From: Centroscyllium fabricii
Lineage: Eukaryota
Direction of reading: 5' to 3'
Length of the DNA: 64,000 nt
NCBI GenBank assembly: GCA_051313645.2
Contig: JBNRSN020000016.1
Span: 100,068,001-100,132,000 of the forward strand
The first letter of the stretch is position 1; every line of letters starts with the position of its first letter. Of the stretch, positions 59,059 to 64,000 are shown one piece after another. Under the pieces are notes generated by a model, which did no database searches, had not been told where the DNA came from, and saw only the letters and a list, made by a program, of their open reading frames with translations. Position numbers and translations under genes: made by a program.

Positions 59059-60521
59059 CAGGTTGAGCACCATTTATCCGGTAACCGAAAAGCCGGCAAC
59101 TTCAGTCATCCGGCATAAATTGCCCGCATGCGCAAAATAGCCGCCGCGATCGAGGCTTCGGCGAATGATCTGCGCACTCGGTGTGAGCAGACAGACAGGA
59201 GGGGACAGGCGAGAGAGAGCAGCAGAGCCCAGTCCAGCCTTTGATCAGCCAGCAGGCCCGGCACATTCACACTCAGCTTCAGGAAATGCCGACCCATGGA
59301 AGGCAGCAGTGGCTTCAGCAGCGACTCTTAACAGTTAACCCTCAGGAAATCTCTGCATGACTAGTCATTGCAAAATTTGAATACATTGCTGCTCCGATTA
59401 GATCACGCCTCGAGTGAAGGAACATTCCAGAGTAGTGTAGAAACTAGGAGCAGGAGTAGGCCATTCGGCCCTTTGAGCCTGCTCCGCCAATCAATGAGAT
59501 CATGGCTGATCATCCAAACCCAGTACCCTGTCCCTGCCTTGTCCCCATATCCCCCTCGAGCCTGCATCGACACATATATTCAATCCCCATATATTCAATC
59601 CCCCTAACACTAAGGGTCAATTTATCCTGGCCAATCAACCTAACCCACACATCTTTGGACTGTGGGAGGAAACCGGAGCAGACACGGGGAGAATGTGCAA
59701 ACTCCACACAGATAGTACCCGAGGCTGGATTTGAACCCGGGTCTCCAGTGCTGTGAGACAACAATGCTAACCACCGTGCCGCCCTGTAATCCAAGTATTG
59801 TTAAAGAAATTCACTTGTGGATGGGGGACAGACCTGGCATAATAGTTTCTCCTGGGAACACACCAATTCTTTAATTTTGCAGAGTGCACCGACAGCATTG
59901 CATTCTCAATCAAAGTAACTTCACTGATTTATCCAGTGGGATTAAAATTACAAAACATACCAAACTACTTAACATTTTTTAAATGGGTTCTGAGTATTTA
60001 TCGGGCTAAAGATTCAGTATTTGATATGAAACACACAGAGAAAGAGATCCAGTTACTGGCAGCATCTTTCTGGATCCCTCATAGGCTCTGCTCGTTTTAC
60101 TGGTCGGATTGGAATGCTGGTAAATGTACAGTGGGCGCAACTCACGTTGCAAACTGTCTCTTTTTGTGCATTTGGTAATTTAGCTGTGCATCAAAAGTTG
60201 ATTGTCATCAGCATCGATGAGTCAACCTGGCCCTTGTTGCATTTCCTACAAGTTACACAGACTGAACGACACAGAAACAAGCTAACTGGTCCATGCGGTG
60301 TTTGGGCTCCACACCAGCCTACTCCCACAAAGTTTCAGGTAGTCCTTCACTGCTGGTGACAATAGCATCTTTTTATTTTGCAGTGGCCATTTCCAATGTT
60401 ATGCGCATGCGCACAGCCATTTTTAATAGTGCGCGCACTGGCCAGCTTCATTCTTCCGGTTTTTTCGCTACACCGGCCCAGGCCTAGTCCCGCCCGTGCC
60501 GGTATAATGGTGCTCAACCTG
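59059..60521. mobile_element. NRF1/YY1-rich Tc1/mariner MITE, copy E (1.46 kb), with ~1.2 kb of unrelated interior including a SINE
   Basis: TIR CAGGTTGAGCACCATT / AATGGTGCTCAACCTG, TA flanks, inserted in Rex1. Confidence 0.88.
59439..59784 (-). mobile_element. HE1/V-SINE-type SINE nested in MITE copy E
   Basis: Homologous to 43919-44293. Confidence 0.88.
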
Positions 60522-62499
60522 TATAGGTTTCTTTGCTATCCAGGTGGTTTAGTGTAGAGTGAAGAGCCGTTGTGATTGCATCTTCCGTTGATCTGTTTCC
60601 TCAATAGGCGAACTGGTATTGGTCGAGGGTGGCGGGGACCAGCCGCTCAAAACACTTCATGATTATGGGTGTGAGTGCGACAGGGCGGTAGTCGTTCAGG
60701 CACGTCAAGGCCGTTTTCTTGGGCACCGGGATGATGGTGGCGGTCTTGAAGCAGGTAGGGACAGCTGCCTTAGCCAGTGACAGGTTGAAGATGTCAGTGA
60801 AGACCTCAGCCAGTTGGTCAGCATAGTCTTTGCAGTCATCAGGAAACATTTTATTAACCATGCTTTTGAAGTTTCTTCTTATTTGAGACATTAAATTACC
60901 TAAATTTGGGCAAGCCTAATGGAACAATGAGTTTGAGGTACCAGAGGGTATCTGGTAAACTATACACTAGCAGGGAGTCAAACTTGAAGTGGAAAAGGGG
61001 GGGGAAATTAAAACAAGGCCACCATTTGTAGCCATGCTGCCAGACTTGCCACAAGTATGCTTTGGGTGATTGAAGAAATCAAAGACTCCTTGCTAAAACC
61101 AAGAAGAAAGGATGCAAAATCTTACAAAAAAAAAATTAAGATCGAGGATAATGTAAAATTCAAGATATGGTGCAGTAGGTACTTGTACACATGAACCATT
61201 CCCAAACAGGTGGAAAAACAACATTCCCTACCTCTAAGTTTGGCTGTGATAGAGCTGAAGTAAGGAGCTGAAATCTGTAGGCGTTACTTAGATTTTATTG
61301 AAATATTTTTTAAAAAAACAAGACAAAAAAAACCTTAATTACAATATCCAATTATGAAATGTTGCTAATGGTGCAAAACAGTTGTACTTGTAGTAGGCAG
61401 CAGTTCTCCAGTTGCAGAAATGCCACCTAGCCATCCTTTGGATTTTCATAAGGTTTTTTGGCAAAATTCTGTTGGGGTAATTTCTTGATCCAACACTTCG
61501 TCATGCGTGGCTTCCCTGCTGAGACATGGGATTGCGAAATTACTCCTTTGTATCTAAGGTCTTTAAAGAAATTAAAAATAGGTGAGATGAGGAAGCGGCT
61601 AAGACTGTCATGCCTCCGGCTGTAACCCAGGTTTTTGGTCAAAATCTAGCAGGAAAAGTCCATAAGAGGTTCTTCACCTAACCCCACCTCCCCAGTAATT
61701 GACTCCTAAATCTTTGGTACGTTCAAAGGCTAAGTTTGTTAGGCCTATTAGCAATTGTGAAAATCTTTTGCTTATAATGTCCCATTTGCCTGACAGTTAT
61801 ATGACATAAATGACCTTGCCTCAGTGCTGTTGGAGGCACTAAACATCTTTGTGTGCCTCTAACAACAAAGTGTCACAGCTAGTACTTGGGTCTTGGCTCA
61901 GGCCGCAAGCCAGCAAGGGCAAAGGCATACTTAACTTCCTTTGTAAGGAAAAGACCCAGCCAGCGTGACTGAATTTCAAATACAACTTTATACATGTACA
62001 GTTCTGTTGTTACCAAATACATTCCGCAATATAAATGGGCCAATTTGACAGCAATGACAATTACAGAACTGCTTTTATAATATAACAAATGTATTCGAAC
62101 CGTTAATCTTTACTATATAACACTTTACAATTTTACATGGTGTATTTAAACCATGTGCTCAACTATATTACTCTCACATTGTAAGGTTTTGCAATCCTGC
62201 AAATTTAAGATCTGTTTTCTGGATTACGCCCATTGAATCGCACATTGTATACAGCAATAATATCACAATTGATGTGTTCCATACTTCCTCGTTTCAGCAT
62301 TTTTCATTGCTCCCTCCTTTTCACTGATCACTGTGGCTTTAGTTGCATAGGGTGTAGAGCAGGAACTGCAAATAAATCTACGGATGTAGTACTGAGGAGA
62401 TTAAAGTGCCTGAGAGATATGGATGAGTAAGGTCACTCAGCCATCCAAAAAGTATAGAACCGCCCATCACATATTTCTTGATGATTTTGACTCTTCTAC

Positions 62500-62832
62500 C
62501 TGGCCTATAAAATCCATTCCATGTGTTGACGATTCCTAATATCAGTCCGATACCTCTGCACGCCTCCAATTCTGGCCTCTTGTGCATCCTCGATTTTAAT
62601 TGCTTCACCATTGGTGGCCATGCCTTCAGCTGCCAAGGCCCTAAGCTCTGGAATTCCCTTCCTAAACCTCTCCTCTCCTTTAAAACCTACCTCTTTTGAC
62701 CAAGCTTTTGGTCACCTGACCTAATATCTCATTATGTAGCTCAGTGTCAAATTTTGTTTGATAACGCTTCTGTGAAGTGCCTTGGGATATTATACTATGT
62801 TAAAGGCGGTATATAAATGCAAGTTATTGTTG
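62500..62832 (+). mobile_element. L2-type LINE 3' end
   Basis: GGTGGCCATGCCTTCAGCTGCC...CTCTGGAATTCCCT...GTGAAGTGCCTTGGG...TATATAAATGCAAG tail. Confidence 0.75.
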
Positions 62833-62935
62833 TAAATGCACTGTCTTACTGTGTTTAATTTGAAGTAATGTTTTGGATTTACCTTTTCTGCACTGTTTTA
62901 TGTACTTCTATGAGGTGTCTCAGTCTCAGGATGAC

Positions 62936-63135
62936 ATGGAGGCGCAGTGGTTAGCACTGCTGCCTCACAATAAGGAGCACCTGGGTTCGAATCCTGCTTG
63001 GCCCAGGACCCCTCTGCGTGGAGTTTGCATGTTCTCCCCGTGTTCGTGTGGGTTTCCTCCGGGTACTCCGGTTTCCTCCCACCACCCAAAGACATGCAGG
63101 TTAGGTGAATTGGAGATACTAAAAATTGCCCATGA
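62936..63135 (+). mobile_element. tRNA-derived V-SINE-type SINE (head and core)
   Basis: GGCGCAGTGGTTAGCAC A box, GGTTCGAATCC B box, GGAGTTTGCATGTTCTCCCCGTG core. Confidence 0.82.
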
Positions 63136-63207
63136 TTATGTGTGTGAGATACAGTTCTTGGAGTTGGGGGTGTCGGGGGATGGTGGGAGGGGGCGTGCTG
63201 GGTTTGG

Positions 63208-63692
63208 ATGATCTGATCCTAACCTCAATTTTACTTTCACTCTCCATCCCGCCCAAACCCATGTGATCACCCGGGAGAGGCGAAAAACCAGATTTAAAAA
63301 CCCAGTGGCCAATTTGGGAGAAAAAATCTGGAAAATTCCTCTCCGACCCATCTAGGCGATCGAAAACTGGTCCAGGAGATCACATGGCCGATCTGAACCT
63401 AGCCTCATGTCCACTTACCTGTGGGCTCACCATAACCACTAATTCCCTTTACTTCCAGAAAACTGTCTATCTCTGTTTTAAATGTATTCAATGTAGTAGC
63501 TTCCACAGCTCTCTGGGGCAGCAAATTCCACAGCCTCACCACCCTCTGAGTGAAAAAGTTTTTCCTCATCTCAGTTTTGAAATGGCAGCCCCTTATTTTA
63601 AGATTATGCCCCTTAGTCCTAGTTTCACCTACCATTGGGAACATCCTCACTGCATCCACCCGATCAAGCTCCTTCACAATCTTATATGTTTC
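63208..63692 (-). mobile_element. CR1 3' fragment, same subfamily as 11003-15004
   Basis: ORF 63405-63677 (RTKGHNLKI, FFTQRVVRLWN); 3' UTR shared with 11080-11320. Confidence 0.88.
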
Positions 63693-64000
63693 ATGATGTG
63701 GAGGTGCCGGTATTGGACTGGGGTGGACAAATGCAAGAAGTCACACAACACCAGGTTATAGTCCAAAAGTTTTATTTGAAATCACAAGACTTCGGTGCGC
63801 TGCTCCTTCCTCAGGTGAAAGAAAAGTTCAATTAAAGACAACATATATACAAGGGAGAGAGCAGTCTAATCTCTCCAACATCACACTTCAGCAGAGAGAC
63901 ATGCAGAGCAGACAAAGGTGTTTTAACATATTTTAACATATTAATCAGTTAATATGTTAAAACACCTTTGCTCTGTATGTCTCTCTGCTGAGGTGTGATG
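63693..64000 (-). mobile_element. Penelope-like element end with degenerate hammerhead motif and an inverted (palindromic) extension
   Basis: 63693-63822 is the reverse complement of 47023-47150; 63879-64000 forms a long imperfect palindrome. Confidence 0.7.

Larger units (their letters stand above)
57959..60832 (-). mobile_element. Degenerate Rex1/Babar LINE (57959-59058 and 60524-60832), split by MITE copy E
   Basis: Homologous to 1167-2241. The RT reading (HLDSKETY|IRMLFID) continues across the TA insertion site; [10 protein letters not shown] and MKCFERLV lie in the upstream part. Confidence 0.9.

Overview
This is eukaryotic, repeat-rich vertebrate DNA, most likely from a cartilaginous fish: it carries HE1/V-SINE-type and SacSINE1/DeuSINE-type SINEs and CR1, L2, Rex1 and Penelope-like elements. 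It is not bacterial, and I found no CRISPR, rRNA or tRNA genes. The window appears to hold at least 51 kb of the last intron of NFATC3 on the + strand, the conserved terminal coding exon (51493-51614, VNEIIGRDMSQI...), a ~3.4-kb 3' UTR and downstream DNA. Main observations: (1) a ~525-bp unique-sequence inverted duplication brackets the terminal exon and its 3' UTR, with one breakpoint inside a perfect hairpin; (2) the intron holds several candidate phase-1 alternative or poison exons, including one ending in a CaaX box (CCII*), one with a hydrophobic tail, and many with Cys near the C-terminus; (3) an intact CsRn1-clade Gypsy element has identical LTRs, a tRNA-Trp PBS and a CHCC Gag motif; (4) short Penelope-like elements carry minimal hammerhead-ribozyme motifs in the sense strand of the intron; (5) a family of TA-flanked MITEs rich in NRF1/YY1 motifs carries a different interior in each copy; (6) a multi-stem RNA module sits in the 3' UTR of two CR1 copies. 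Family and gene assignments come from motif recognition and recall, not database searches. All alternative exons are predictions. Most short ORFs in the supplied track are spurious or transposon-derived.
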